Source: Escherichia coli (GTDB lineage: Bacteria; Pseudomonadota; Gammaproteobacteria; Enterobacterales; Enterobacteriaceae). From it: DNA of 64,000 nt. The notes under the pieces are model-generated. The model was not told the DNA's origin. It saw nothing but the letters and a program-made list of their open reading frames with translations, and made no database searches. Positions within the stretch are counted from its first letter, which is position 1; every line of letters begins with the position of its first letter. Location: assembly GCF_044647545.1 (NCBI RefSeq), contig NZ_CP172818.1, one strand, 5' to 3'. Positions 48,964 to 60,015 of the stretch are shown piece after piece. Made by a program: the position numbers and the translations under genes.

Positions 48964-50295
48964 ATGGAAAACGCTAAAATGAACTCGCTCATCGCCCAGT
49001 ATCCGTTGGTCAAGGATCTGGTTGCTCTTAAAGAAACCACCTGGTTTAATCCTGGCACGACCTCATTGGCTGAAGGTTTACCTTATGTTGGCCTGACCGA
49101 ACAGGATGTTCAGGACGCCCATGCGCGCCTGTCTCGTTTTGCACCCTATCTGGCAAAAGCATTTCCTGAAACTGCTGCTACTGGGGGGATTATTGAATCA
49201 GAACTGGTTGCCATTCCGGCTATGCAAAAACGGCTGGAAAAGGAATATCAACAACCGATCAGCGGGCAACTGCTACTGAAAAAAGATAGCCATTTGCCCA
49301 TTTCCGGCTCCATAAAAGCACGCGGCGGGATTTATGAAGTCCTGGCACATGCAGAAAAACTGGCTCTGGAAGCGGGGTTGCTGACGCTTGAAGATGACTA
49401 CAGCAAACTGCTTTCCCCGGAGTTTAAACAGTTCTTTAGTCAATACAGCATTGCTGTGGGCTCAACCGGAAATCTGGGGTTATCAATCGGCATTATGAGC
49501 GCCCGCATTGGCTTTAAGGTGACAGTGCATATGTCTGCTGATGCCCGGGCGTGGAAAAAAGCGAAACTGCGCAGCCATGGCGTTACGGTCGTGGAATATG
49601 AGCAAGATTATGGTGTTGCCGTCGAGGAAGGACGTAAAGCAGCGCAGTCTGACCCGAACTGTTTCTTTATTGATGACGAGAATTCCCGCACGTTGTTCCT
49701 TGGGTATTCCGTCGCTGGCCAGCGTCTTAAAGCGCAATTTGCCCAGCAAGGTCGTATCGTCGATGCTGATAACCCTCTGTTTGTCTATCTGCCGTGTGGT
49801 GTTGGTGGTGGTCCTGGTGGCGTCGCATTCGGACTTAAACTGGCGTTTGGCGATCATGTTCACTGCTTTTTTGCCGAACCAACGCACTCCCCTTGTATGT
49901 TGTTAGGCGTCCATACAGGATTACACGATCAGATTTCTGTTCAGGATATTGGTATCGACAACCTTACCGCAGCGGATGGCCTTGCAGTTGGTCGCGCATC
50001 AGGCTTTGTCGGGCGGGCGATGGAGCGTCTGCTGGATGGCTTTTATACCCTTAGCGATCAAACCATGTATGACATGCTTGGCTGGCTGGCGCAGGAAGAA
50101 GGTATTCGTCTTGAACCATCGGCACTGGCGGGTATGGCCGGGCCTCAGCGCGTGTGCGCATCAGTAAGTTACCAACAGATGCACGGTTTCAGCGCAGAAC
50201 AACTGCGTAATGCCACTCATCTGGTGTGGGCGACGGGAGGTGGAATGGTGCCGGAAGAAGAGATGGAGCAATATCTGGCAAAAGGCCGTTCATAA
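48964..50295 (+). CDS. dsdA: D-serine ammonia-lyase (dehydratase)
   Basis: 443-aa ORF with PLP-lysine motif (SGSIKARGG). Confidence 0.95.
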   Translation: MENAKMNSLIAQYPLVKDLVALKETTWFNPGTTSLAEGLPYVGLTEQDVQDAHARLSRFAPYLAKAFPETAATGGIIESELVAIPAMQKRLEKEYQQPISGQLLLKKDSHLPISGSIKARGGIYEVLAHAEKLALEAGLLTLEDDYSKLLSPEFKQFFSQYSIAVGSTGNLGLSIGIMSARIGFKVTVHMSADARAWKKAKLRSHGVTVVEYEQDYGVAVEEGRKAAQSDPNCFFIDDENSRTLFLGYSVAGQRLKAQFAQQGRIVDADNPLFVYLPCGVGGGPGGVAFGLKLAFGDHVHCFFAEPTHSPCMLLGVHTGLHDQISVQDIGIDNLTAADGLAVGRASGFVGRAMERLLDGFYTLSDQTMYDMLGWLAQEEGIRLEPSALAGMAGPQRVCASVSYQQMHGFSAEQLRNATHLVWATGGGMVPEEEMEQYLAKGRS

Positions 50296-50304
50296 CGTTT
50301 CAAC

Positions 50305-50342
50305 GCAGCATCGCCATCCTTTCCCTGGGTGAGCGATGCTGC
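50305..50342. terminator. 10-bp perfect inverted repeat (GCAGCATCGC…GCGATGCTGC) between convergent dsdA and emrY
   Basis: Stem-loop with 18-nt loop in the convergent intergenic region. Confidence 0.4.
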
Positions 50343-50399
50343 CGATGGCGCAGACTTAAGATCCCCGGTCTTACCCGCTATAACCCCTTGCTTTTACCA

Positions 50400-51938
50400 T
50401 CACCCAACGCCTTTCGCTGTAAACGGCGGTTTCGCAAACCAAACCAAAACCGTAAGTAAGATAAAAGCAATAGCCGCCATACGGAAAATCTCATTTGCAG
50501 AAATAGAAAGTGACTGCTGGGTTATTTCATTATTAATTTCATTAAGAACTCCTGAAAGCGAACCATAGTATTTATCCATAATTTGTGACGATGAATTAAA
50601 CACGGGGTTAAATTGATCGATGGTTGCTGTCAACTGACTATGGTGTAACGATTCGCGGCGTCCCCACAGTGTCATTGTCAACGACGTACCAACTGATCCT
50701 GACAAGGTGCGAAAAAAATTACTCATACTCGAGGCATTGGCAAATTTATTATCTGGCAAGCCTGAAAACGAAATCGTTGTTAAGGGTAAAAAGAAACAGG
50801 CAACGGCGAATCCCTGGAAAAACTGTGGCAAAATGATGCCTGTAAAATCAATCGTTGGCATAAATGTCACAGAACGCCAGTAATAGCAAACCGCATACAT
50901 CAAAAAACTAAATGTCACCAACAACCGCATATCTATTTTGTTGCCATAACGCCCTATCAAAGGTGATATTAATAGCGGCATGATACCGATGGGCGCATAG
51001 GCAAGTCCGGCCCATATCGCATTATACCCCATCGTTTCCTGGAGTAACTGCGGCATAAGGACGATCGCTCCAGAGTAAAATAAATACGCGCATGTGATAC
51101 TCACAATACCAATGGTGAAATTACGGGACTTAAACAAACTGAGATCAAGAATCGGGTTCTCTGAGGTCGACTCCCAAATGACTAAAGAGATCAGAGAAAT
51201 AACTGATACTACTGTTAATATTATTATTGTACTCGAGTTGAACCAATCCAGATCGCGCCCTTTATCAAGCATAATTTGCAAGCCACCAACACCGAGCACT
51301 AACAGGGTCAGTCCTGGTAGATTCATTTTGACCGGTGAAGTCTCAGTTTCTCGTCCTTTAAGTAAGGTTAAGCATAATGTCAGGACGATAATCCCCATAG
51401 GGACATTGATTAAAAATATCCAACCCCAGCTAAAGTTATCACAAATATAACCGCCCAATATCGGCCCACATATCGGCGCGATAATCACGGTCATAGACCA
51501 TAATGCCAGAGCAAATGTTCTTTTTTCTGGTGGATAATTCCTTAATAATAAACTCTGTGACAGTGGAATTAACGGCCCCGCCATTAATCCCTGAACGACT
51601 CTAAAAAATATCAGCACATCAAGATTGGTCGATAAACTACACATTAAGGAAGACAGCGAAAAAAAAGTGACTGAAAGTAAAAATAACCTTAATTCGCCTA
51701 TTCTTTGTGCCAGCCTGCCGGTAACAGGGATCGCAATGGCATTTGCTACGCCAAACGAAGTGATAACCCAGGTGCCTTCGTCTGTTGATGCTCCCAGAAA
51801 GCCAGATATTGTCGGTATTGCGACGTTAGAAATAGTGGAATCCAACATTTGCATAAACGTCGCTAATGACAATGCAATAGTAACGCACCATAACGTCCCA
51901 CCGGTTAATGGTGCCGGAGTTGATTTAGTGATTGCCAT
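50400..51938 (-). CDS. emrY: MFS multidrug efflux pump (EmrB-like)
   Basis: 512-aa 14-TM-like ORF. Confidence 0.9.
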   Translation of the reverse strand: MAITKSTPAPLTGGTLWCVTIALSLATFMQMLDSTISNVAIPTISGFLGASTDEGTWVITSFGVANAIAIPVTGRLAQRIGELRLFLLSVTFFSLSSLMCSLSTNLDVLIFFRVVQGLMAGPLIPLSQSLLLRNYPPEKRTFALALWSMTVIIAPICGPILGGYICDNFSWGWIFLINVPMGIIVLTLCLTLLKGRETETSPVKMNLPGLTLLVLGVGGLQIMLDKGRDLDWFNSSTIIILTVVSVISLISLVIWESTSENPILDLSLFKSRNFTIGIVSITCAYLFYSGAIVLMPQLLQETMGYNAIWAGLAYAPIGIMPLLISPLIGRYGNKIDMRLLVTFSFLMYAVCYYWRSVTFMPTIDFTGIILPQFFQGFAVACFFLPLTTISFSGLPDNKFANASSMSNFFRTLSGSVGTSLTMTLWGRRESLHHSQLTATIDQFNPVFNSSSQIMDKYYGSLSGVLNEINNEITQQSLSISANEIFRMAAIAFILLTVLVWFAKPPFTAKGVG

Positions 51939-53101
51939 TAAAGTTGTCCATTATGCGAAATAATGTTGCTAATTTCTTTTTCTATCGGACTGGTATCGAT
52001 AATTAAAGCCTTACTGGTATAAGCAGGCATGGACGTCACGGTTGAAGCCAGATCGGGCATATCGGCAATGTCTTCGTTCCTGGTATCAATAGTTGCAGTC
52101 ATCGATAAACCAATGCGCAAGGGATGTTCCATGAGTTCTTTTGGATCAAGAGAAACCTCAACCGGTACACGCTGAACGATTTTGATCCAATTCCCTGTCG
52201 CATTTTGTGCAGGTAATAAGGAGAACGCATTGCCGGTTCCCATATTGATCCCTGTCACCCGACCATGAAACACAACATTTTCACCATAAAGATCGCTAAT
52301 AATATTGACCGATTGACCAATCCGCACATCCGTGAGTTGTGTTTCTTTAAAGTTGGCATTAACCCACATTTGACGTGCCGGTACGACAGCCATTAACGAT
52401 TGTCCGGGACTCACTGTTTCGCCGACCTGAACACTTCGCTGGGCAATATAGCCGGTAACCGGACTCTTAATATCCGTACGTTTAAGCGCCAACCAGGCTT
52501 CTTTGGTTGCATCCGCCGCTTCAACGACTTGTGGCTGACGGTTTAATGGTGTGTTCATTACTAAAGCTTTATTCGCTTTATAAGCCTGAATAGCAGCATT
52601 CAATGCCGCTTTGCTACTTATTAACGTATCTTTGGTATGCTCCAGCGTTTCTTTTGAAATAACCCCCTGCTTCGCTAAAGGTACACGACGGTTATAATCT
52701 TCTAAAGATTGTTGATACTGAATACGAGCTGAAGCGACTTCGGCACTGTATTGTTTATCCTGTAAGTACAGTTTATTCGTTTGCCGAACAATATTGGCCA
52801 GATTATTTTTAGCTTTATTGAGTGCGATAGTGGCATCAGTCTTATCCAGTGAGACTAAAATGTCACCCTGTCGAACGTAGTTCGTATCTTTATGATTAAC
52901 GACAGTGACGCTGCCTGAAACTTGTGCAGAAATTGGATCTGCATTTCCCGTGACATAGGCGTCATCTGTACTAATCATGTCTTCTAATTCCATTGACCAA
53001 TAGGCATAGGCACCTGAAAACGCAATAAATAAAACTACCGCTAACAAAGCAAAATATTTTTTTCTGTCAGAATGTTTTTTATTTGAATTAATCTGTTCCA
53101 C
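51938..53101 (-). CDS. emrK: Multidrug efflux membrane fusion protein (EmrA-like)
   Basis: 387-aa ORF; overlaps the emrY start. Confidence 0.9.
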   Translation of the reverse strand: MEQINSNKKHSDRKKYFALLAVVLFIAFSGAYAYWSMELEDMISTDDAYVTGNADPISAQVSGSVTVVNHKDTNYVRQGDILVSLDKTDATIALNKAKNNLANIVRQTNKLYLQDKQYSAEVASARIQYQQSLEDYNRRVPLAKQGVISKETLEHTKDTLISSKAALNAAIQAYKANKALVMNTPLNRQPQVVEAADATKEAWLALKRTDIKSPVTGYIAQRSVQVGETVSPGQSLMAVVPARQMWVNANFKETQLTDVRIGQSVNIISDLYGENVVFHGRVTGINMGTGNAFSLLPAQNATGNWIKIVQRVPVEVSLDPKELMEHPLRIGLSMTATIDTRNEDIADMPDLASTVTSMPAYTSKALIIDTSPIEKEISNIISHNGQL

Positions 53102-53274
53102 TTTTATCTCTCATTTCGCATAGATGAAATTTATGAATTGAATGAAAAGAGAATTCATTCTTCATATCAAACACAGTGCATGTGTTGCACATTATCCCAG
53201 GAACGTTGGAGGCCTAATTTAAATGAGGTGCAAAAAAAACAACAGAGGACTAAACCGTGGCTTTTGCAATACAA

Positions 53275-53292
53275 TTCTTACGCCTGTAGGAT
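53275..53292. promoter_or_regulatory. Candidate EvgA box TTCTTACGcc-TGTAGGAT in the emrK–evgA divergent intergenic region
   Basis: Imperfect inverted repeat resembling the EvgA consensus TTCPyTACA-N2-TGTAPuGAA. Confidence 0.4.
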
Positions 53293-53515
53293 TAGTGAGA
53301 AGACTTATAGTGCTAATGTGAAACTATAAATCATCGGTACAATCCCTGATTTTATTGTTGACATTTCATATATGCCGACTATTTATATGGTATACTTGTC
53401 GAATTATCTTAAAGGAAGCTCAAATTTTCTTATTTTTTTGAGAAAATGAGATGATGCCTTATGTCTGTATTACTACAGGGAGAAGGGAAATGCTTCATTG
53501 CAAAGGGAATAATCT

Positions 53516-54130
53516 ATGAACGCAATAATTATTGATGACCATCCTCTTGCTATCGCAGCAATTCGTAATTTATTGATCAAAAACGATATTGAAATCTTAG
53601 CAGAGTTGACTGAAGGCGGAAGTGCCGTTCAGCGGGTGGAAACACTTAAGCCTGATATCGTCATCATTGATGTCGATATCCCCGGAGTTAACGGTATCCA
53701 GGTGTTAGAAACGCTGAGGAAGCGCCAATATAGCGGAATTATTATTATCGTCTCCGCTAAAAATGACCATTTTTACGGGAAACATTGTGCTGATGCTGGC
53801 GCTAATGGTTTCGTGAGTAAAAAAGAAGGCATGAACAATATCATTGCGGCTATTGAAGCTGCAAAAAATGGCTACTGCTATTTCCCTTTCTCTCTCAACC
53901 GGTTTGTTGGAAGTTTAACGTCCGACCAGCAAAAACTCGACTCCTTATCGAAACAAGAAATTAGTGTCATGCGGTATATTCTTGATGGCAAGGATAATAA
54001 TGACATTGCTGAAAAAATGTTCATCAGCAACAAAACTGTCAGCACGTATAAAAGTCGCTTGATGGAAAAATTAGAATGCAAATCACTGATGGATCTTTAC
54101 ACATTCGCACAACGTAACAAAATCGGCTAA
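53516..54130 (+). CDS. evgA: Response regulator EvgA (NarL/FixJ family)
   Basis: 204-aa ORF with receiver domain and C-terminal LuxR-type HTH. Confidence 0.95.
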   Translation: MNAIIIDDHPLAIAAIRNLLIKNDIEILAELTEGGSAVQRVETLKPDIVIIDVDIPGVNGIQVLETLRKRQYSGIIIIVSAKNDHFYGKHCADAGANGFVSKKEGMNNIIAAIEAAKNGYCYFPFSLNRFVGSLTSDQQKLDSLSKQEISVMRYILDGKDNNDIAEKMFISNKTVSTYKSRLMEKLECKSLMDLYTFAQRNKIG

Positions 54131-54134
54131 CCAC

Positions 54135-57100
54135 ATGAAGTTTTTACCCTATATTTTTCTTCTCTGTTGTGGTCTTTGGTCGACCATAAGTTTCGCAGAC
54201 GGAGATTACATCGAATATCGTGGCATCAGTAGTAACAACCGTGTCACACTTGATCCACTACGTCTGAGCAACAAGGAATTACGTTGGCTCGCGAGCAAAA
54301 AAAATCTTGTGATTGCAGTACACAAGTCCCAAACAGCTACGTTGTTGCATACCGATTCGCAGCAACGGATTCGTGGTATTAATGCTGATTATTTAAATCT
54401 TTTAAAAAGAGCGTTAAATATCAAATTAACACTCCGGGAATACGCAGATCATCAAAAAGCAATGGACGCGCTGGAAGACGGTGAAGTTGATATAGTGTTA
54501 TCACATTTAGTTGCTTCGCCGCCTCTTAATGATGACATTGCTGCAACTAATCCTCTGATAATTACCTTTCCTGCGTTGGTCACTACCCTTCACGATTCAA
54601 TGCGACCGCTTACCTCATCAAAACCAGTAAATATTGCTCGAGTAGCAAATTATCCCCCAGACGAGGTAATTCATCAATCATTTCCAAAAGCAACAATTAT
54701 CTCTTTTACAAATTTATATCAGGCATTAGCATCCGTCTCAGCCGGACAGAATGATTACTTTATTGGTAGTAACATCATTACCAGCAGTATGATTTCCCGT
54801 TATTTTACTCACTCCTTAAATGTAGTGAAGTATTATAACTCACCGCGTCAATATAACTTTTTATTAACCAGAAAAGATTCAATCGTTCTTAATGAAGTAC
54901 TCAATCGATTTGTTGATGCTTTAACAAATGAAGTTCGCTATGAAGTATCACAAAATTGGCTTGATACAGGAAACCTGGCCTTTCTGAACAAACCATTAGA
55001 ACTCACTGAACATGAAAAACAGTGGATTAAGCAGCATCCCGATTTAAAGGTGCTAGAAAATCCTTACTCGCCACCCTATTCTATGACAGATGAAACTGGC
55101 TCAGTTCGGGGCGTGATGGGTGATATTCTTAATATTATTACCTTGCAAACAGGTTTAAATTTTTCTCCGATCACCGTTTCACACAATATTCATGCTGGGA
55201 CACAGCTTAACCCCGGTGGATGGGATATATTGCCCGCCGCTATTTATAGTGAAGATCGAGAAAATAATGTTTCATTTGCTGAAGCTTTCATAACAACGCC
55301 TTACGTTTTTGTCATGCAAAAAGCGCCTGACAGTGAACAAACATTAAAAAAAGGAATGAAAGTTGCCATTCCATATTATTATGAGCTTCATTCGCAATTA
55401 AAAGAGATGTATCCGGAGGTAGAGTGGATAAAAGTCGATAACGCCAGCGCTGCATTTCACAAGGTCAAGGAAGGTGAACTTGATGCTCTGGTCGCGACAC
55501 AGTTAAATTCGCGTTACATGATCGACCATTACTATCCTAATGAACTTTATCATTTTCTTATTCCCGGCGTTCAGAATGCATCACTTTCGTTCGCTTTTCC
55601 TCGCGGAGAACCGGAACTTAAGGATATTATTAATAAAGCACTGAATGCAATTCCCCCAAGCGAAGTTCTGCGCCTGACGGAAAAATGGATTAAAATGCCC
55701 AATGTGACCATTGACACATGGGACCTCTATAGCGAGCAATTTTATATTGTCACGACATTATCCGTTTTATTAGTTGGCAGTAGCCTTTTATGGGGATTCT
55801 ACCTGTTACGCTCAGTTCGTCGTCGTAAAGTCATTCAGGGTGATTTAGAAAACCAAATATCATTCCGAAAAGCACTCTCGGATTCCTTACCGAATCCAAC
55901 TTATGTTGTAAACTGGCAAGGTAATGTCATTAGTCATAATAGTGCTTTTGAACATTATTTCACTGCGGATTACTACAAAAATGCAATGTTACCATTAGAA
56001 AACAGTGACTCACCCTTTAAAGATGTTTTTTCTAATGCGCATGAAGTCACAGCAGAAACGAAAGAAAATCGAACAATATACACACAGGTATTTGAAATTG
56101 ATAATGGCATCGAGAAAAGATGCATTAATCACTGGCATACATTATGCAATCTGCCAGCAAGCGAACATGCTGTTTATATTTGTGGTTGGCAAGATATTAC
56201 CGAGACGCGTGATTTAATTCATGCACTCGAAGTAGAGAGAAATAAAGCGATCAATGCAACTGTCGCAAAAAGTCAGTTTCTGGCAACAATGAGTCACGAA
56301 ATAAGAACACCAATAAGCTCCATTATGGGCTTCCTGGAACTTCTGTCGGGTTCTGGTCTTAGCAAGGAGCAACGGGTGGAGGCGATTTCACTTGCCTACG
56401 CCACCGGACAATCACTCCTCGGCTTAATTGGTGAAATCCTTGATGTCGACAAAATTGAGTCGGGTAACTATCAACTTCAACCACAATGGGTCGATATCCC
56501 TACTTTAGTCCAGAACACTTGTCACTCTTTCGGTGCGATTGCTGCAAGCAAATCCATCGCATTAAGTTGCAGCAGTACGTTTCCTGAACGCTACCTGGTT
56601 AAGATCGACCCTCAGGCGTTTAAGCAGGTCTTATCTAATTTACTGAGTAATGCTCTCAAATTTACTACCGAGGGAGCAGTAAAAATTACGACCTCCCTGG
56701 GTCACATTGATGACAACCACGCTGTTATCAAAATGACGATTATGGATTCTGGAAGTGGATTATCGCAGGAAGAACAACAACAACTGTTTAAACGCTATAG
56801 CCAAACAAGTGCAGGTCGTCAGCAAACAGGTTCTGGTTTAGGCTTAATGATCTGCAAAGAATTAATAAAAAACATGCAGGGCGATTTGTCATTAGAAAGT
56901 CATCCAGGCATAGGAACGATATTTACGATCACAATCCCGGTAGAAATTACCCAACAAGTGGCGGCTATAGAGACAAAAGCAGAACAACCTATCACACTAC
57001 CTGAAAAGTTGAGCATATTAATCGCGGATGATCATCCGACCAACAGGCTATTACTCAAACGCCAGCTAAATCTATTAGGATATGATGTTGATGAAGCCAC

Positions 57101-57728
57101 TGATGGTGTGCAAGCGCTACACAAAATCAGTATGCAACATTATGATCTGCTTATTACTGACGTAAATATGCCGAATATGGATGGTTTTGAGTTGACTCGC
57201 AAACTCCGTGAGCAAAATTCTTCCTTACCCATCTGGGGGCTTACAGCCAACGCACAGGCTAACGAACGTGAAAAAGGGTTAAATTGCGGCATGAACTTAT
57301 GTTTGTTCAAACCGTTGACTCTGGATGTACTGAAAACACATTTAAGTCAGTTACACCAGGTTGCGCATATTGCACCTCAGTATCGCCACCTTGATATCGA
57401 GGCCCTGAAAAATAATACGGCGAACGATCTACAACTGATGCAGGAGATTCTCATGACTTTCCAGCATGAAACGCATAAAGATCTACCCGCTGCGTTTCAT
57501 GCACTAGAAGCTGGCGATAACAGAACTTTCCATCAGTGTATTCATCGCATCCACGGTGCGGCTAACATCCTGAATTTGCAAAAGTTGATTAATATTAGCC
57601 ATCAGTTAGAAATAACACCTGTTTCAGATGACAGTAAGCCTGAAATTCTTCAGTTGCTGAACTCTGTAAAAGAACACATTGCAGAGCTGGACCAGGAGAT
57701 TACTGCTTTCTGTCAGCAAAATGACTAA
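54135..57728 (+). CDS. evgS: Hybrid sensor histidine kinase EvgS
   Basis: 1197-aa ORF: periplasmic binding-protein-like domains, TM, HisKA (ATMSHEIRTP), HATPase, receiver and HPt domains. Confidence 0.95.
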   Translation: MKFLPYIFLLCCGLWSTISFADGDYIEYRGISSNNRVTLDPLRLSNKELRWLASKKNLVIAVHKSQTATLLHTDSQQRIRGINADYLNLLKRALNIKLTLREYADHQKAMDALEDGEVDIVLSHLVASPPLNDDIAATNPLIITFPALVTTLHDSMRPLTSSKPVNIARVANYPPDEVIHQSFPKATIISFTNLYQALASVSAGQNDYFIGSNIITSSMISRYFTHSLNVVKYYNSPRQYNFLLTRKDSIVLNEVLNRFVDALTNEVRYEVSQNWLDTGNLAFLNKPLELTEHEKQWIKQHPDLKVLENPYSPPYSMTDETGSVRGVMGDILNIITLQTGLNFSPITVSHNIHAGTQLNPGGWDILPAAIYSEDRENNVSFAEAFITTPYVFVMQKAPDSEQTLKKGMKVAIPYYYELHSQLKEMYPEVEWIKVDNASAAFHKVKEGELDALVATQLNSRYMIDHYYPNELYHFLIPGVQNASLSFAFPRGEPELKDIINKALNAIPPSEVLRLTEKWIKMPNVTIDTWDLYSEQFYIVTTLSVLLVGSSLLWGFYLLRSVRRRKVIQGDLENQISFRKALSDSLPNPTYVVNWQGNVISHNSAFEHYFTADYYKNAMLPLENSDSPFKDVFSNAHEVTAETKENRTIYTQVFEIDNGIEKRCINHWHTLCNLPASEHAVYICGWQDITETRDLIHALEVERNKAINATVAKSQFLATMSHEIRTPISSIMGFLELLSGSGLSKEQRVEAISLAYATGQSLLGLIGEILDVDKIESGNYQLQPQWVDIPTLVQNTCHSFGAIAASKSIALSCSSTFPERYLVKIDPQAFKQVLSNLLSNALKFTTEGAVKITTSLGHIDDNHAVIKMTIMDSGSGLSQEEQQQLFKRYSQTSAGRQQTGSGLGLMICKELIKNMQGDLSLESHPGIGTIFTITIPVEITQQVAAIETKAEQPITLPEKLSILIADDHPTNRLLLKRQLNLLGYDVDEATDGVQALHKISMQHYDLLITDVNMPNMDGFELTRKLREQNSSLPIWGLTANAQANEREKGLNCGMNLCLFKPLTLDVLKTHLSQLHQVAHIAPQYRHLDIEALKNNTANDLQLMQEILMTFQHETHKDLPAAFHALEAGDNRTFHQCIHRIHGAANILNLQKLINISHQLEITPVSDDSKPEILQLLNSVKEHIAELDQEITAFCQQND

Positions 57729-57768
57729 ATAGCGGCTCCCACAATGTTCAAATGTGGGAGCTATTTAC
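57727..57768. terminator. Bidirectional terminator hairpin between evgS and yfdE
   Basis: GCTCCCACA-atgttcaaa-TGTGGGAGC with A/T-rich flanks on both sides. Confidence 0.55.
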
Positions 57769-57783
57769 CAGCACATCTTACAT

Positions 57784-58929
57784 TTATGATGAGAACTCCT
57801 GGCGAATTTGTTCCCCATGCTGGTCGAGCGTTGCCGCTCCCGGCATAACATGCGGGTCCGCACAGCCGCTAATTTTTATCGGATTACCCGGCATCATTAT
57901 TCCCCCGGCTTCAATCAACATATTTCTTGCCTGAGTTTGTGGTAAATTAATGGCCTCAGCCACACTTAATAACGGCGCGACAGGCACACCAACTTCATGT
58001 ATTCTGGCTAACCAAACTTCAGCTGCCTGCGTTTTTAACGTCCGCTCAATATATTGTTTAAGAATAGCCTGGTTTTGTACGCGTAAAATATTGCTGATAA
58101 ATCGGGGATCATCAACCAGCTCCGTCAGATCCAGTGCCTGACATAACGCAGAAAAAAGCTTGTCATTACCACAACAAATCGTAATCGGCTTATCCTGAGT
58201 ATCGAAAACATCAAAAGGTGCCATGTAGGGATGGCGATTTCCCAGACGTTGTGGTGACTTCCCAGTCGCGATATATGCCATCAGTCCGTGCTCCAGAAAA
58301 CTCAGAGTGGCATCAAACATCGCTATATCGACATGCGCACCTCTCTGGCTCTTTTCGCGGCCATAAAGTGCACTCACTATTCCACTGAATAAATAAACAC
58401 CGCCACATAGATCCGCAAGAGAGGTACCAACGCGCACTGGCGGAGCATCAGGGTATCCTGTTTCCATCATTATCCCGCTCATTGCCTGAATGATGGTATC
58501 GTAGGCAGGAGCATCTTTTAGCGGACCGGTATGTCCGAAACCTGACGATGAAGCATATATAAGGCGCGGGTTGATTTCTTGTAACCTTTCCCATGAAAAC
58601 CCGAGTTTTTCCATTGTACCTGGGCGAAAATTCTCAGCTAATACATCAGCTTGTTTAAGCATATTTATAAATATACTTTTATCGTGATCATTCTTTAAAT
58701 CAAGAACCACACTCTCTTTGCCATGATTAATAAAACTGTAATAGAGTGACTGTCCATCCACATAGGGACCAAATGTGCGGGTATCATCACCATGGCCCGG
58801 CGGCTCAACTTTAATTACCCTTGCGCCCATATTACAAAGAAGTTGAGTTCCGAAAGGTCCATTAAGGACATGTGTCATATCGATAACTAATAAGCCTTCA
58901 AACGGCCCTTTGCTTTCATTATTTGTCAT
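57784..58929 (-). CDS. yfdE: CoA-transferase family III protein (acetyl-CoA:oxalate CoA-transferase-like)
   Basis: 381 aa from MTNNESKG; CaiB/BaiF fold. Confidence 0.85.
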   Translation of the reverse strand: MTNNESKGPFEGLLVIDMTHVLNGPFGTQLLCNMGARVIKVEPPGHGDDTRTFGPYVDGQSLYYSFINHGKESVVLDLKNDHDKSIFINMLKQADVLAENFRPGTMEKLGFSWERLQEINPRLIYASSSGFGHTGPLKDAPAYDTIIQAMSGIMMETGYPDAPPVRVGTSLADLCGGVYLFSGIVSALYGREKSQRGAHVDIAMFDATLSFLEHGLMAYIATGKSPQRLGNRHPYMAPFDVFDTQDKPITICCGNDKLFSALCQALDLTELVDDPRFISNILRVQNQAILKQYIERTLKTQAAEVWLARIHEVGVPVAPLLSVAEAINLPQTQARNMLIEAGGIMMPGNPIKISGCADPHVMPGAATLDQHGEQIRQEFSS

Positions 58930-59002
58930 TTGCTTATGCCTTGAAAAAAGCCGAAGGTGAAAAGACACTTCGGCATTTATGTAAAATCAATAACATGATT
59001 AA

Positions 59003-59947
59003 TTATGAAACCAGTCGACTGACATAAATCCACAAGGGAGCCGTGACGACAAAACCCAGTACGCTCACAGCCAATGACGCTGTACCAGTGCGGGTGTAGA
59101 CATTAAACCGACTGGCAATAATGATTCCGGAGAATGCCGGCGGTAATGCGCCTGCCAGTACCATCATCTGCAAATGTTCGCTGTTCAAATGACATGCCAT
59201 ACCCACGAGAAGCAGCGCCAGTGGCATCAGAATCAGCTTCAGGAAGGTGTTATAAGCAATTTCGGCACTGAACTCGAATTTATGTGCAGCCAGAGTCAAC
59301 CCCGCAGCGAACACCGCTACCCCTGAGTTAGCCTTCGCAATCAGATTAAAGGTTGGGTCCCATGCTGCCGGAATTTTTACCCCAACCAACACCAGGATCG
59401 TTGCCAGAACAGGTGCCCATACTACTGGCTCCTTTGCCGCAGAAATTAATGCGCTCAGATTACTATTCTTCTTACCATCCGCTCCTGAGGAAGGATTCAG
59501 CAAATACAGACCAATAGGAATAGTAATTGCGTTAACAATAATAGAAATAATTGCTACCACTAAACCTGTTGATACGGAATCACCATAAATAGGATCGAGA
59601 ACTGCAAACCCCAGGAATCCGATGGTAGGTGAGCCTGCAATTAATGCACATACTGCTGCTTCTGCATGGGTACGTTTAAAAAATTTGTAGCAACCAAACC
59701 AGGAGAAAAAGAAACATCCGACAATAACCACAAGTGATACAAGGGTCAGGCGAGTGTCCGCAAAAATCATTTCCCTGTTTGCCCGGGTAATAGAAACAAA
59801 TAGGGCCGCAGGAAGAGCGTAGTTTAATACCAGTTTATTAAATGCCCGGGCTTGATCTTCTGAAAAAGTTTCTCGTCTGCCGCTAAAATAACCCAACAGC
59901 ATGATTACGATAATAGGCAATAAATCGCCAATAAAAAATGTTAGCAT
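59003..59947 (-). CDS. yfdV: AEC-family membrane transporter
   Basis: 314-aa multi-TM ORF. Confidence 0.85.
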
Positions 59948-60015
59948 AATAGTATTTCCGATAAGGGTCCCCTCACCATCGATAATGAGTTGGCAAGAGG
60001 AGACGATGTCAGTAT

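Noticed and set aside
53138-53329. 63-aa ORF in the emrK–evgA intergenic region
   Set aside because: No RBS and an implausible composition; it overlaps the candidate EvgA box, so the region is better explained as regulatory DNA.
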